DNA of 63,477 nucleotides, counting the filler, from Octopus bimaculoides (Eukaryota), in the NCBI RefSeq assembly GCF_001194135.2. It is 7 parts of 7 records of this genome, joined end to end, with 100 filler letters (N's around TTAATTAATTAA, not from the genome) between each part and the next. Parts side by side here need not be neighbours in the genome. Positions count along the whole stretch, not along the records: positions 20,174 to 33,979 come from NC_068989.1; positions 34,080 to 44,813 come from NC_068987.1; 5 more parts are not named here. One strand, 5' to 3'. Shown here piece after piece: positions 24,991 to 37,487 of this stretch. A program made the translations under genes and the position numbers. The first letter of the stretch is position 1. Each line of letters begins with the position of its first letter. The notes below the pieces were generated by a model. The model was not told the DNA's origin. It was given only the letters and a program-made list of their open reading frames with translations, and made no database searches.

Positions 24991-26580
24991 GTAAGTGTCT
25001 TTTGCGCCAGCGGACAGATTCAAAATAGCTTTGTTCAAACAGATGTGATGGCGACTACTTAACAACAACAGCAATTACAATAAGAATAGCGACAGCAGCA
25101 GCAACAACAGCAGAGATAAAAGTAACTGAAGCAACAACATCAATAACTTATATTTCATTGTGTTATGTGTTAGTACATTATCAGTCGTGTACATATGACA
25201 GTGTTTGGTATAGCTTTCGCTTTATTCTTAACGAATTGCAAGGTAGCGCAAACACACGCACGTAAAATTACACACATACACACACATACACAAAGACGTG
25301 TGAGTTTATGTGTGTGTGGTGCGATGCGTTTGTGCGTGTGTGGGGGTTGTCTCTGTGTACGAATGTAAACATCTGGGCAGGTAGGTGCGAAAAGAGCAAA
25401 GCAACAAAAGCAAAGAAGAGAGAGAAACAAAATGGAGACGAAAGTTTAGGAGCAGATAGCTGAATAGATAAACATATTTATCGCCGAGATATAACCATGT
25501 ATAATGATGTGTACACGTGCTTACAATTACGTATACGCACATGTATGCAATCACGCATATATGTATATATATACATATATATATATATATANNNNNNNNN
25601 NNNNNNNNNNNNNNNNNNNNNNNNNNNNNNNNNNNNNNNNNNNNNNNNNNNNNNNNNNNNNNNNNNNNNNNNNNNNNNNNNNNNNNNNNNNNNNNNNNNN
25701 NNNNNNNNNNNNNNNNNNNNNNNNNNNNNNNNNNNNNNNNNNNNNNNNNNNNNNNNNNNNNNNNNNNNNNNNNNNNNNNNNNNNNNNNNNNNNNNNNNNN
25801 NNNNNNNNNNNNNNNNNNNNNNNNNNNNNNNNNNNNNNNNNNNNNNNNNNNNNNNNNNNNNNNNNNNNNNNNNNNNNNNNNNNNNNNNNNNNNNNNNNNN
25901 NNNNNNNNNNNNNNNNNNNNNNNNNNNNNNNNNNNNNNNNNNNNNNNNNNNNNNNNNNNNNNNNNNNNNNNNNNNNNNNNNNNNNNNNNNNNNNNNNNNN
26001 NNNNNNNNNNNNNNNNNNNNNNNNNNNNNNNNNNNNNNNNNNNNNNNNNNNNNNNNNNNNNNNNNNNNNNNNNNNNNNNNNNNNNNNNNNNNNNNNNNNN
26101 NNNNNNNNNNNNNNNNNNNNNNNNNNNNNNNNNNNNNNNNNNNNNNNNNNNNNNNNNNNNNNNNNNNNNNNNNNNNNNNNNNNNNNNNNNNNNNNNNNNN
26201 NNNNNNNNNNNNNNNNNNNNNNNNNNNNNNNNNNNNNNNNNNNNNNNNNNNNNNNNNNNNNNNNNNNNNNNNNNNNNNNNNNNNNNNNNNNNNNNNNNNN
26301 NNNNNNNNNNNNNNNNNNNNNNNNNNNNNNNNNNNNNNNNNNNNNNNNNNNNNNNNNNNNNNNNNNNNNNNNNNNNNNNNNNNNNNNNNNNNNNNNNNNN
26401 NNNNNNNNNNNNNNNNNNNNNNNNNNNNNNNNNNNNNNNNNNNNNNNNNNNNNNNNNNNNNNNNNNNNNNNNNNNNNNNNNNNNNNNNNNNNNNNNNNNN
26501 NNNNNNNNNNNNNNNNNNNNNNNNNNNNNNNNNNNNNNNNNNNNNNNNNNNNNNNNNNNNNNNNNNNNNNNNNNNNNNNN

Positions 26581-26665
<85 letters not shown>

Positions 26666-26974
26666 AATATATATTTATGCGTACGTACAAATATATATTC
26701 ATATACACGCGTAGTAACTAGGCACACATACACAGCATATTTTAATTCGTATAAACGAGTTATTTACCAACTGACTGTGATTGGGGTTAGCCAAGGCCAC
26801 GACCACTCTCTGTGTGAGTGAAATAAATGGAATGACAGAACATACAATATATTAAACAAAAAAAATATGGCTATATTTTTTTAAGGGTACATTCGCATGG
26901 TGTGTGTATATGCGTGTGTGTAAATCAAAAATAAAACCAGGAAAATGAAATTTTAAAAATCAATAAGATGTACA

Positions 26975-27310
26975 CAGTGAATGTATTACAATTGACGCTC
27001 AGTGAAAATTTGAGATGGGAAAATATGAGTGGAAATGACGCTTCGAGCATGGCTCTTCGTCAGAAAGAGGGAAAAACTGTCTAGTGAAGAGGAAAAGGAG
27101 AAAAATGTCTGGAGAAAAGTACGTGTGTTGCTACATGGCCGGAAAATGCAGACATACATTTATGCTTATGCATTTAAGAGCGCCCATGTGATTTTGTAGA
27201 CAAATATAGACATATAAAGATAGATGCGATTGGCTAAGAAGTTCGATACAACAGCAAAAGGAGAAAAGAACAGAAAATCTGGAGAAAAGGACGTGTGTTA
27301 CTGCATGACC
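26975..27310 (-). mobile_element. Family H-related pLTR-like repeat with hammerhead motif at 27036-27067 and a duplicated segment of about 55 bp
   Basis: Minus strand: CTGACGA-A-GAGC CAT GCTC-GAAG-C-GTC (GAAA mutated to GAAG). CTGGAGAAAAG.ACGTGTGTT..CATG.CCG.AAATGCA occurs at about 27110 and about 27280. Confidence 0.55.
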
Positions 27311-28059
27311 GAAAATGCACACATGCATGTATGTATGTATGTATGTATGTATGTAGCACGGGTACGCAGAAATTCCGGGATGATGTCCGGCGTGCTGAAA
27401 GACCACTGGGAGTGAGGCACCCCTCAGCTTTATTAAAGCGTATCTCCAGGAGAAGGTCACTCTGATATAAAACCAGATATACAGGGAATGGCATTGGACA
27501 TTTTGGGGATCTTTGGTTTATGCTAGAGATCACGTCGCTCCCACATCCCTGAGCCTGCAACTCATATTGGCACCAGACATCTTGCTCCGGCTTGTCTCTG
27601 GATAATGTCAATAAAGTAGAGAGGGTCTATGAGGGTTGTGCAAGCCTTATTGGACCTAAAACTCTAAACAGGCATTGCCGACTTCTGCTCGATATGTGCG
27701 TTTCCCCCACCCCTATATATATTTATCTTATTTTTAGTATATATTATCATGTATGTATGTATGTATGTATGTATGCATGTATGAATGTATGTAAACATGT
27801 TTATGCATTGAACCTTTCGTTGGCCGGCGAGGTCCTTCGGGACCCCATCAGATTTTAAAAGTTATGCAACTTTCACATGTTTTACTAAAATGATTTTATA
27901 TCTCATTACTTTTATTGTCAATAGTTTATGTATGCACATACAAATTTTGAGTTAAAAATTTCCAGTCATATGGATGTTATAGCATAAACTATGGTCATTG
28001 CGGTCCAACTGGATCCCATTGGCCTTCTGTGAAATTATTCTTTTTCTGTTCTTTTTCAG

Positions 28060-28078
28060 ATATTCTTACGAACTATAA
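28060..28078 (+). CDS. Candidate terminal exon (coding part) of the + strand gene
   Basis: Strong TTTTTCTGTTCTTTTTCAG acceptor. Phase 2 gives (R)YSYEL*. Confidence 0.5.
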
Positions 28079-28302
28079 GTCAATTTTTGTACTGGTATAA
28101 ATCGATATACTAAATAATTTTGCTTTATTTTATATTTAGTGTTATATGTATAGATGAGTTCAATTCCTGATAACGCGTGAGTGTGTGTGTGTATGTGTGT
28201 GTGTGTGCGTGCATGTGTGTGTGTGTGCCAATGCGTGTCTGTCTGTCTGTCTGTCTGTGTGCACGTGTGAGTGTGTGCATGTGAGTGTGTGTGTTTGTGT
28301 GT

Positions 28303-28344
<42 letters not shown>

Positions 28345-29075
28345 ATGCATGTCTCTGTCAGTCTGTCTGAGTGTGTATATGTGTATGTATGTGTGCACGT
28401 GTGTGTGCTTCTGCGTGTCTGTCTGTCTGTGCGTGTGAGTGTGTGTGAGTGTGTGTATGTNNNNNNNNNNNNNNNNNNNNNNNNNNNNNNNNNNNNNNNN
28501 NNNNNNNNNNNNNNNNNNNNNNNNNNNNNNNNNNNNNNNNNNNNNNNNNNNNNNNNNNNNNNNNNNNNNNNNNNNNNNNNNNNNNNNNNNNNNNNNNNNN
28601 NNNNNNNNNNNNNNNNNNNNNNNNNNNNNNNNNNNNNNNNNNNNNNNNNNNNNNNNNNNNNNNNNNNNNNNNNNNNNNNNNNNNNNNNNNNNNNNNNNNN
28701 NNNNNNNNNNNNNNNNNNNNNNNNNNNNNNNNNNNNNNNNNNNNNNNNNNNNNNNNNNNNNNNNNNNNNNNNNNNNNNNNNNNNNNNNNNNNNNNNNNNN
28801 NNNNNNNNNNNNNNNNNNNNNNNNNNNNNNNNNNNNNNNNNNNNNNNNNNNNNNNNNNNNNNNNNNNNNNNNNNNNNNNNNNNNNNNNNNNNNNNNNNNN
28901 NNNNNNNNNNNNNNNNNNNNNNNNNNNNNNNNNNNNNNNNNNNNNNNNNNNNNNNNNNNNNNNNNNNNNNNNNNNNNNNNNNNNNNNNNNNNNNNNNNNN
29001 NNNNNNNNNNNNNNNNNNNNNNNNNNNNNNNNNNNNNNNNNNNNNNNNNNNNNNNNNNNNNNNNNNNNNNNNNNN

Positions 29076-29138
29076 ATAATAATAATAATAATAATAATGA
29101 TAATAATAATGATAATAATAATAATAATAATAATAATG

Positions 29139-29195
<57 letters not shown>

Positions 29196-29203
29196 TTAAT
29201 AAT

Positions 29204-29256
<53 letters not shown>

Positions 29257-29497
29257 TAATAATAATGATAATAATAATGATAATAATAATTACTGCAACG
29301 ACAATAATTGAGAGGTTCTTATTGAACATAAAGAAATGTCATCTCAGCTTATGTTTATTGTTCGTCTCTGTTGCGTGTGATTGGTGCGTGCGGCTGCCAT
29401 ATCTGTTGTGTGTGTGTGTGTGTGTGTGTTTCGTATGTGCGGTTTTTGTGTGCGCCGGTGTTCGTTTGGATTTATAAGCTTGTGTGTGAATGTGTGA

Positions 29498-29560
<63 letters not shown>

Positions 29561-29697
29561 AGATGTACTTTTTGAAAGGAGAAGAAGAAAGAAAAAAAAA
29601 TTATAAAGTCAGAGGTGACTTGTATCAAATGACATTTATTTTCGAGGAAAAAAAATATCAAGGAATGATTGTTAACATTCGTTCGTAATAATAATAT

Positions 29698-29776
<79 letters not shown>

Positions 29777-29891
29777 GATGATGGTGATAATGATGGTGAT
29801 GATGATGATGAGGAGGAGGAGGAGGAGCAGGATGAGGATGATGATGATCTTTTCTACTATAAGTATAAGGCGCGAAATTTGATGGGAAGGG

Positions 29892-29924
<33 letters not shown>

Positions 29925-29927
29925 TTG

Positions 29928-30016
<89 letters not shown>

Positions 30017-30047
30017 AATAATAATTATGATAATGATAATGCTAATG

Positions 30048-30112
<65 letters not shown>
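29076..30112. repeat. Long (TAA)n, (GT)n and (GAT)n microsatellite cluster
   Basis: (TAA)n 29076-29290, (GAT)n 29698-29850 and (TAA)n 29891-30112 are directly visible. Confidence 0.95.
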
Positions 30113-30113
<1 letters not shown>

Positions 30114-30660
30114 GTGGCAAGAGTGATCGGTTGGGAGCTCTGTAGAAATCACGGCCTATAAAGAGCAAAAGCGTGGTATGAGGAAACTTCAGAAGGGGTC
30201 ATCGAAAATGGGAATTACAAAATCCTGTGGGAAGCAATGATCCAGTGCGATCACTTGACCAGTCATCGGAAACCGGACACCGTTGTGGGGAATAAAAAAG
30301 AAAGAACATTTATGATAATCGATATAGCATTCCCCGGTGACACAGGATCAATGTGAAAGAAGAAGAAAAAATAAACAACTATGACGATTTAAAGTGGGAA
30401 ATACGAAGGTTGTGGTAAATGAAGAGATTAGACGTGATACCAATAGTAATTAGTGCACTTGGAAGTATCAGAACTCGATTACCAGCATGGCTGAAAAAGA
30501 CTGGTGCAAGTGTGAAGGTAGAACACCTACAAAAATAAGCATTGCTTGGAACTGCAAGAATTCTTCGCTGGGTTCTTGAAGCATGACCAGTAAACAAGTG
30601 CCATATTAGACTGCAATCGAGATGAAGACATTTCTAATGTAAGCAGAGTAAATAATAAAT
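30114..30660 (+). mobile_element. 5'-truncated R4/Dong-type LINE, REL endonuclease domain (pseudogenised), directly after (TAA)n
   Basis: VARVIGWELCRNHGL*RAKAWYEETSEGVIENGNYKILWEAMIQCDHLTSHRKPDTVV..MIIDIAFPGD/RINVKEEEKINNYDDLKWEIRRLW*..VIPIVISALG..LQK*ALLGTARILRWVLEA*. PD..D..K REL motif with three internal stops and one frameshift. Confidence 0.9.
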
Positions 30661-31052
30661 TCCGCATCCCAGAAATATAGAATTGAAAAATTAAAACAGT
30701 TTACAAAACATGGTGTTGCTCACACAGCATCACAGTCTAAAACTCTACAAGTACAAACAATTGCTAATTGTCTTATAAAGGACATGGACCAGAAACTTTA
30801 CATTCGTCTCCCCTCACAACAGCTAACCCCATCAAATTCGCTTGATATTTTTCTTCTTTATTTCATTAAAATTGGCCATAAAGGCCTCATAGAGAAAAAG
30901 GGAAGCTGCGGGCTAGACATAGACATAATGTTATGTGAATGAAAAAAATGATGATTAATGAATAAATGGGGGGACCAAGCAGCGCCCGCCGATTGTCTGA
31001 TCCCCTAAAACATTGTTCTCTTATATATGAGACAACAAGCCTCTTACACTGT

Positions 31053-31505
31053 TCATGGATACAAAAAGGAGGCATTACGCCTCTTACTTTGTTTAATAGA
31101 ATGAAGTTTCAAACCCTTCCTCAATTCATAACATTGAGGCTTTTCAACTAATCCATATTCTTCCCCAGCATCGCTTGTGACCACATTTTCCGCCAACGCC
31201 CGTGTCTCATTTAAGCACAAATCGGTTGGCGTGTTGGCGTCGCCCGGCCACAAGCGATATTCCTTATTAAGCCTCTCCAACCTACGCAACACGGACAACG
31301 TTATGACCTCCACACCTATCTCCGGAGGCCATTCGGGATCACGTGTGCAGGTCAAAGTTGCTCCCTTATGGTGCTTTTCTAACATCTCCTCCACCTCTCC
31401 GCCTCTGTAGAAGATCAATAATTTTTCTTCCTCCAGGGACGAGGTAGTCTCTTCTGCCGCCAGCGGTGATATTTTTCTTCTAGTTTCACCTAACACTTTG
31501 CTCAA
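31053..31505 (-). other. 150-codon non-repetitive ORF, unassigned (possibly a retroelement ORF1 fragment)
   Basis: Stop-free and higher in GC than its flanks: ..LEEEKLLIFYRGGEVEEMLEKHHKGATLTCTRDPEWPPEIG.. No phase-compatible acceptor was found and no domain was recognised with certainty. Confidence 0.35.
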
Positions 31506-31582
31506 ACTTGATTAAGTACACCTGTAATCAAAGGTGTTTCACCGGTGACTATCCTATCTTTTTAGTAGTATTTAGGAATATA

Positions 31583-31709
31583 CAGGGTGTCCACAAAGTC
31601 TGGGTACACGGGGATTAACACATACTTTAAGAAATTATCATTTCTTATATTTAATTGTTTATGTTACGATTTTATTTACTCCGTGTACCCAGACTTTGTG
31701 GACACCCTG
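31583..31709. mobile_element. 127-bp Tc1/mariner-type MITE with perfect 29-bp TIRs and TA target duplication
   Basis: TA|CAGGGTGTCCACAAAGTCTGGGTACACGG ... CCGTGTACCCAGACTTTGTGGACACCCTG|TA. Confidence 0.95.
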
Positions 31710-31756
31710 TATAATTAAAAACAAAATGCGTCCTTTCGTTTCTTAAAAATGTATTT

Positions 31757-31833
31757 TTAGGGATATTCGGCTGCAGAAGTCAAGCAATCACCTAGAAGCT
31801 CCCTTTTTGGATCGTGTAAACCGTAAACGGTTA
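31757..31833 (-). CDS. Candidate terminal exon (coding part) of unknown - strand gene
   Basis: GTCCCTTTATTTTCTAAGTTCAG acceptor. Phase 1 fits the 33600 donor: (L)TVYGLHDPKRELLGDCLTSAAEYP*. Confidence 0.5.
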
Positions 31834-31910
31834 CTGAACTTAGAAAATAAAGGGACATCAGTTAACCTGCAAATGCCATTTCTAAAGCTTTATACCCAAG
31901 TTTAGGTGAA

Positions 31911-32123
31911 TAATTGCTTCTACTCTAGGCACAAGGCCTGAAATTTTAGGGGAAGGTGCTAGTCGATTTCATTGACCCCAGTGCTCGACTGGTACTTATT
32001 TTATCGAACCTGAAAGGATGAAAGACAAAGTCAACCTCAGCGGTATTCGAACTCAGGAAGTAAAGACAGACGAAATGCCGCTAAGCATTTTGTCCTACGC
32101 GGTAACGATTCTGCCAATTAGCT
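31911..32123 (-). mobile_element. SINE family B, full length
   Basis: Reverse complement contains GCAGAATCGTTACC..AAATGCTTAGCGGCATTTCGTC..GAGTTCGAATACC..GATAAAATAAGTACCAGTCGAGCACTGGGGTCAAT..GGCCTTGTGCCTAGAGTAGAAG. Confidence 0.85.
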
Positions 32124-32240
32124 TAAGTTAAAAATAAGAAACCAGAAGAGTGCTCCAGGGTGCTCAATCAATCTGCAAGCAATAGCAGCCCAAATATTCC
32201 TCAATTCACACTCGACCGTCACGAAAATAATGAGCTATAT

Positions 32241-32460
32241 TCTTTACTTGTTTCAGTCATTTGACTGCGGCCATGCTGGAGCACCGCCTTTAGTCGAGAA
32301 AATCGACCCCAGGACTTATTCTTTGTAAGCCTAGTACTTATTCTATCGGTCTCTTTTTGCCGAACCGCTAAGTTACGGGTACGTAAACACACCAGCATCG
32401 GTTGTCAAGCGATGTTGGGGGGACAAACACAGACACACAACATACACACACACACACACA
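32241..32460 (-). mobile_element. SINE family A 3' half (young-looking)
   Basis: Near-exact reverse complement of 24460-24640. It runs into (CA)n and an N gap. Confidence 0.9.
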
Positions 32461-33250
32461 NNNNNNNNNNNNNNNNNNNNNNNNNNNNNNNNNNNNNNNN
32501 NNNNNNNNNNNNNNNNNNNNNNNNNNNNNNNNNNNNNNNNNNNNNNNNNNNNNNNNNNNNNNNNNNNNNNNNNNNNNNNNNNNNNNNNNNNNNNNNNNNN
32601 NNNNNNNNNNNNNNNNNNNNNNNNNNNNNNNNNNNNNNNNNNNNNNNNNNNNNNNNNNNNNNNNNNNNNNNNNNNNNNNNNNNNNNNNNNNNNNNNNNNN
32701 NNNNNNNNNNNNNNNNNNNNNNNNNNNNNNNNNNNNNNNNNNNNNNNNNNNNNNNNNNNNNNNNNNNNNNNNNNNNNNNNNNNNNNNNNNNNNNNNNNNN
32801 NNNNNNNNNNNNNNNNNNNNNNNNNNNNNNNNNNNNNNNNNNNNNNNNNNNNNNNNNNNNNNNNNNNNNNNNNNNNNNNNNNNNNNNNNNNNNNNNNNNN
32901 NNNNNNNNNNNNNNNNNNNNNNNNNNNNNNNNNNNNNNNNNNNNNNNNNNNNNNNNNNNNNNNNNNNNNNNNNNNNNNNNNNNNNNNNNNNNNNNNNNNN
33001 NNNNNNNNNNNNNNNNNNNNNNNNNNNNNNNNNNNNNNNNNNNNNNNNNNNNNNNNNNNNNNNNNNNNNNNNNNNNNNNNNNNNNNNNNNNNNNNNNNNN
33101 NNNNNNNNNNNNNNNNNNNNNNNNNNNNNNNNNNNNNNNNNNNNNNNNNNNNNNNNNNNNNNNNNNNNNNNNNNNNNNNNNNNNNNNNNNNNNNNNNNNN
33201 NNNNNNNNNNNNNNNNNNNNNNNNNNNNNNNNNNNNNNNNNNNNNNNNNN

Positions 33251-33301
<51 letters not shown>

Positions 33302-33599
33302 GTATGTATATGTATATGTCTGTCTGCATATGGTTGTTTATGTGTGTCTTTACGCTTGTTCGTAGGCAAATAAATAAATAAATATATATACATACATGCA
33401 TACGTAGAGACATATTTGCATCCATAATTTATGCGTGTGCATATGTATTCGTATGTATGTATGTGTGTATGTATGTATGTATGTATGTATGTATGTATGG
33501 TAAAATCGTTTAATGGCGAAGGGTGTTAGGGATTCCGTTCTGCCATGACCAAAGGAGACTACAACTTTGGAACAACATTCTTACACTCTTATAACTTAC

Positions 33600-33745
33600 A
33601 TCTGGCTGTTAAAGCCTTTGATTCCTCGCTGTACTTGGACGGAGTGTGTGTTTCAAGGAAGTACACATCCCTGATTAGTTTTCCATAGAAATGGCGAGAA
33701 CTGACAATGTTCTCTTTGTAATAATGTTGTCTTGGGATTTTGGTT
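33600..33745 (-). CDS. Candidate exon of unknown - strand gene
   Basis: TTATCTAACTACAG acceptor and T|GTAAGT donor. 146 nt, and only one frame is open: (R)TKIPRQHYYKENIVSSRHFYGKLIRDVYFLETHTPSKYSEESKALTAR. Confidence 0.6.
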
Positions 33746-33938
33746 CTGTAGTTAGATAATGTGGAACAGCCGTTACAGATGGCGCATGTCTCTGTCATGT
33801 GTATTTACATGGCTACAGAATTACAGAAATTGCTAAATCAGACATGACATGATATTGTCTTATAGTGCGTCTATGAAGTCAGTGCATGTACACACACACA
33901 CGCATATACATATAAATATAAGCATGTGAATGTATGTA

Positions 33939-33979
<41 letters not shown>

Positions 33980-34309
33980 NNNNNNNNNNNNNNNNNNNNN
34001 NNNNNNNNNNNNNNNNNNNNNNNTTAATTAATTAANNNNNNNNNNNNNNNNNNNNNNNNNNNNNNNNNNNNNNNNNNNNTATATATATATAAAAACACAC
34101 ATAAATTTATACATATATATATATATATATACAGTAAATGTGTGTGCGTGTGTGTGTGTGTCTGTGTGTGTACATATATATGTATATATATATAAAATGA
34201 GTTGTCAATGTTATTTTCATTTTTGCGTAATTTAGTCGACAATGAATTCACAGCAGCCTGTACGTGTGTATACAGATATATATATATATATATATATATA
34301 TACATTTAT

Positions 34310-34550
34310 TATGGAAATCTCCTAGCATAGCAAGTGACCTGATCTGAGATCGTGCGCTGGAACGAAAATAATTGCAGCGTGGAAGGTGTTTATAAGCCAT
34401 TTAAAAACACACAAAAACTGTTAGATTAACTTAACATCGCAGCGTTTCTCAAGAAACAGGACGAAAGAGTGAGAGAAATTTGGGGCGAAAGAATACAACA
34501 CCCCCTGCCGGAGCCTCGAGGAGCTTTAGGTGTTTTCGCTCAATAAACAC
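34310..34550 (-). mobile_element. SINE family C variant with a different 3' part
   Basis: CCCCCTGCCGGAGCCTCG.GGAGCTTTAGGTGTTTTCGCTCAATAAACAC and GAGTGAGAGAAA are shared with 43660-43760. Sequence 34310-34450 is unrelated to the C/D tail. Confidence 0.65.
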
Positions 34551-35392
34551 NNNNNNNNNNNNNNNNNNNNNNNNNNNNNNNNNNNNNNNNNNNNNNNNNN
34601 NNNNNNNNNNNNNNNNNNNNNNNNNNNNNNNNNNNNNNNNNNNNNNNNNNNNNNNNNNNNNNNNNNNNNNNNNNNNNNNNNNNNNNNNNNNNNNNNNNNN
34701 NNNNNNNNNNNNNNNNNNNNNNNNNNNNNNNNNNNNNNNNNNNNNNNNNNNNNNNNNNNNNNNNNNNNNNNNNNNNNNNNNNNNNNNNNNNNNNNNNNNN
34801 NNNNNNNNNNNNNNNNNNNNNNNNNNNNNNNNNNNNNNNNNNNNNNNNNNNNNNNNNNNNNNNNNNNNNNNNNNNNNNNNNNNNNNNNNNNNNNNNNNNN
34901 NNNNNNNNNNNNNNNNNNNNNNNNNNNNNNNNNNNNNNNNNNNNNNNNNNNNNNNNNNNNNNNNNNNNNNNNNNNNNNNNNNNNNNNNNNNNNNNNNNNN
35001 NNNNNNNNNNNNNNNNNNNNNNNNNNNNNNNNNNNNNNNNNNNNNNNNNNNNNNNNNNNNNNNNNNNNNNNNNNNNNNNNNNNNNNNNNNNNNNNNNNNN
35101 NNNNNNNNNNNNNNNNNNNNNNNNNNNNNNNNNNNNNNNNNNNNNNNNNNNNNNNNNNNNNNNNNNNNNNNNNNNNNNNNNNNNNNNNNNNNNNNNNNNN
35201 NNNNNNNNNNNNNNNNNNNNNNNNNNNNNNNNNNNNNNNNNNNNNNNNNNNNNNNNNNNNNNNNNNNNNNNNNNNNNNNNNNNNNNNNNNNNNNNNNNNN
35301 NNNNNNNNNNNNNNNNNNNNNNNNNNNNNNNNNNNNNNNNNNNNNNNNNNNGGATATAGAAATAACTACATCGACAGATAAAAAGATAGATC

Positions 35393-35437
<45 letters not shown>

Positions 35438-35526
35438 GTAAGTAGGTAGGTAAGTAGGTAGGTAGGTAGGTAGGTAGGTAGGTAGGTAGGTAGGTAGGTA
35501 GGTAGGTAGGTAGGCCAGCACCTTAC

Positions 35527-35626
35527 AGAGATATCCAAATATGGATCTGTTAATCGTGTCGTGTTTCAAAATCCCTATTAGTTTTTCTATGTCAATATTT
35601 AGGTTGTTCAATAATTGTCCAATTGG
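35527..35626 (-). CDS. Candidate exon of unknown - strand gene
   Basis: CTTCCTGTCTCCAG acceptor and T|GTAAGG donor. 100 nt, and only phase 0 is open: PIGQLLNNLNIDIEKLIGILKHDTINRSIFGYL. Confidence 0.55.
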
Positions 35627-35756
35627 CTGGAGACAGGAAGTTACTTCACTTAGCACTCTGATTCATTCCGCTATCAAGAAAGACAAAATACAATACTTGT
35701 GTGACTTTGCGTGTTTATATACATGTGTCATTGATATTATTAATGTCATACACTAA

Positions 35757-35965
35757 CGCAGTGAGTTGGCAGAATCATTAGCTCGCCCACAGAAATGCTT
35801 AGCAGCATTTTGTCCGTCTTTACGTTCTGAGTTCAAATTCCACCGAGATTGACTTTGCTTTTCATCCTTTCGGAGTTGATAAAATAAGTACCAGTCGAGT
35901 ACTGAGATCAATATAATCCACTTACTCCGCCCGCCCCACGAATGAATTTGTAAATTTTGGAGATT
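35757..35965 (+). mobile_element. SINE family B
   Basis: GAGTTGGCAGAATCATTAGC..GAGTTCAAATTCC..GACTTTGCTTTTCATCCTTTCGGAGTTGATAAAATAAGTACCAG. Confidence 0.85.
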
Positions 35966-36035
35966 AAATATAATAAAATATATTCACTCTTATATTGAAT
36001 ACAATTGATCCTGTTTATTCTGTCAAACCTACACA

Positions 36036-36074
<39 letters not shown>

Positions 36075-36145
36075 ATACCTATATATATATGTACATACAT
36101 ATATACGTATGTGTGTATACATATACACACACACACATACATACA

Positions 36146-36179
<34 letters not shown>

Positions 36180-37136
36180 NNNNNNNNNNNNNNNNNNNNN
36201 NNNNNNNNNNNNNNNNNNNNNNNNNNNNNNNNNNNNNNNNNNNNNNNNNNNNNNNNNNNNNNNNNNNNNNNNNNNNNNNNNNNNNNNNNNNNNNNNNNNN
36301 NNNNNNNNNNNNNNNNNNNNNNNNNNNNNNNNNNNNNNNNNNNNNNNNNNNNNNNNNNNNNNNNNNNNNNNNNNNNNNNNNNNNNNNNNNNNNNNNNNNN
36401 NNNNNNNNNNNNNNNNNNNNNNNNNNNNNNNNNNNNNNNNNNNNNNNNNNNNNNNNNNNNNNNNNNNNNNNNNNNNNNNNNNNNNNNNNNNNNNNNNNNN
36501 NNNNNNNNNNNNNNNNNNNNNNNNNNNNNNNNNNNNNNNNNNNNNNNNNNNNNNNNNNNNNNNNNNNNNNNNNNNNNNNNNNNNNNNNNNNNNNNNNNNN
36601 NNNNNNNNNNNNNNNNNNNNNNNNNNNNNNNNNNNNNNNNNNNNNNNNNNNNNNNNNNNNNNNNNNNNNNNNNNNNNNNNNNNNNNNNNNNNNNNNNNNN
36701 NNNNNNNNNNNNNNNNNNNNNNNNNNNNNNNNNNNNNNNNNNNNNNNNNNNNNNNNNNNNNNNNNNNNNNNNNNNNNTAACAAGTGAAACAGAGACAGGC
36801 AGAAACAAGAAAAATGTCGCTGTTACTTGAATACTATACAAATATGTCTTTAAAAAGACTTTTCTTTTAAATTTACCAAAATTTAATTTTTCAATAATTA
36901 AAAAAAAATTTATTATTCATATTTACTGTTGAAAAGATTTCAAGGATCGAAACCGGTTCTGTAATGTTCTTTATAAAAGTATTTTAGCATTTTCTACTTT
37001 GTCTTTTTTCCATATATATATATAGATATCAGCGCCAAGCAGTAATTCGGAATAAAGGAACTTGAAGTCAGTTAAAATGTTTGTCACATTTTAACTTCTA
37101 AAAGCGAACCCATTGCAGTTACATATATACACACAA

Positions 37137-37167
<31 letters not shown>

Positions 37168-37354
37168 TGTATGTATGTATGTATTGTATGTATGTATCTA
37201 CACAGTCGTGCTTGCGCGCATACACTCACACATACATTCATAAACACAAACATACACAGACACACGCAAAGACACACACACATAAAGACACACACACATG
37301 CATATATATGTGCGCGTGTGTGTGTGTGAGTGTGTGTGTATGTGTTATCTTAGT

Positions 37355-37433
37355 CAGATGTCTTCTACTATAGCCTCTGGCCGACCAGAGCCTTGTGAGT
37401 GAATTTTGTAGAGGGGAAACTGAAAGAAGCCCT

Positions 37434-37487
<54 letters not shown>

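Noticed and set aside
24861-33745. Paralogy between the two convergent genes (IP-x7-NI-x2-S-K/R and SE-x3-A-x3-RL in both)
   Set aside because: There are only a few identities, an 8-residue indel is needed, and the intron phases differ. It is not distinguishable from chance without a profile search.
36926-36960. Hammerhead-like CTGTTGA..GATC-GAAACCGGTT
   Set aside because: The core is non-canonical, there are extra bases before stem II, and there is no stem I. At most it is a decayed relic.
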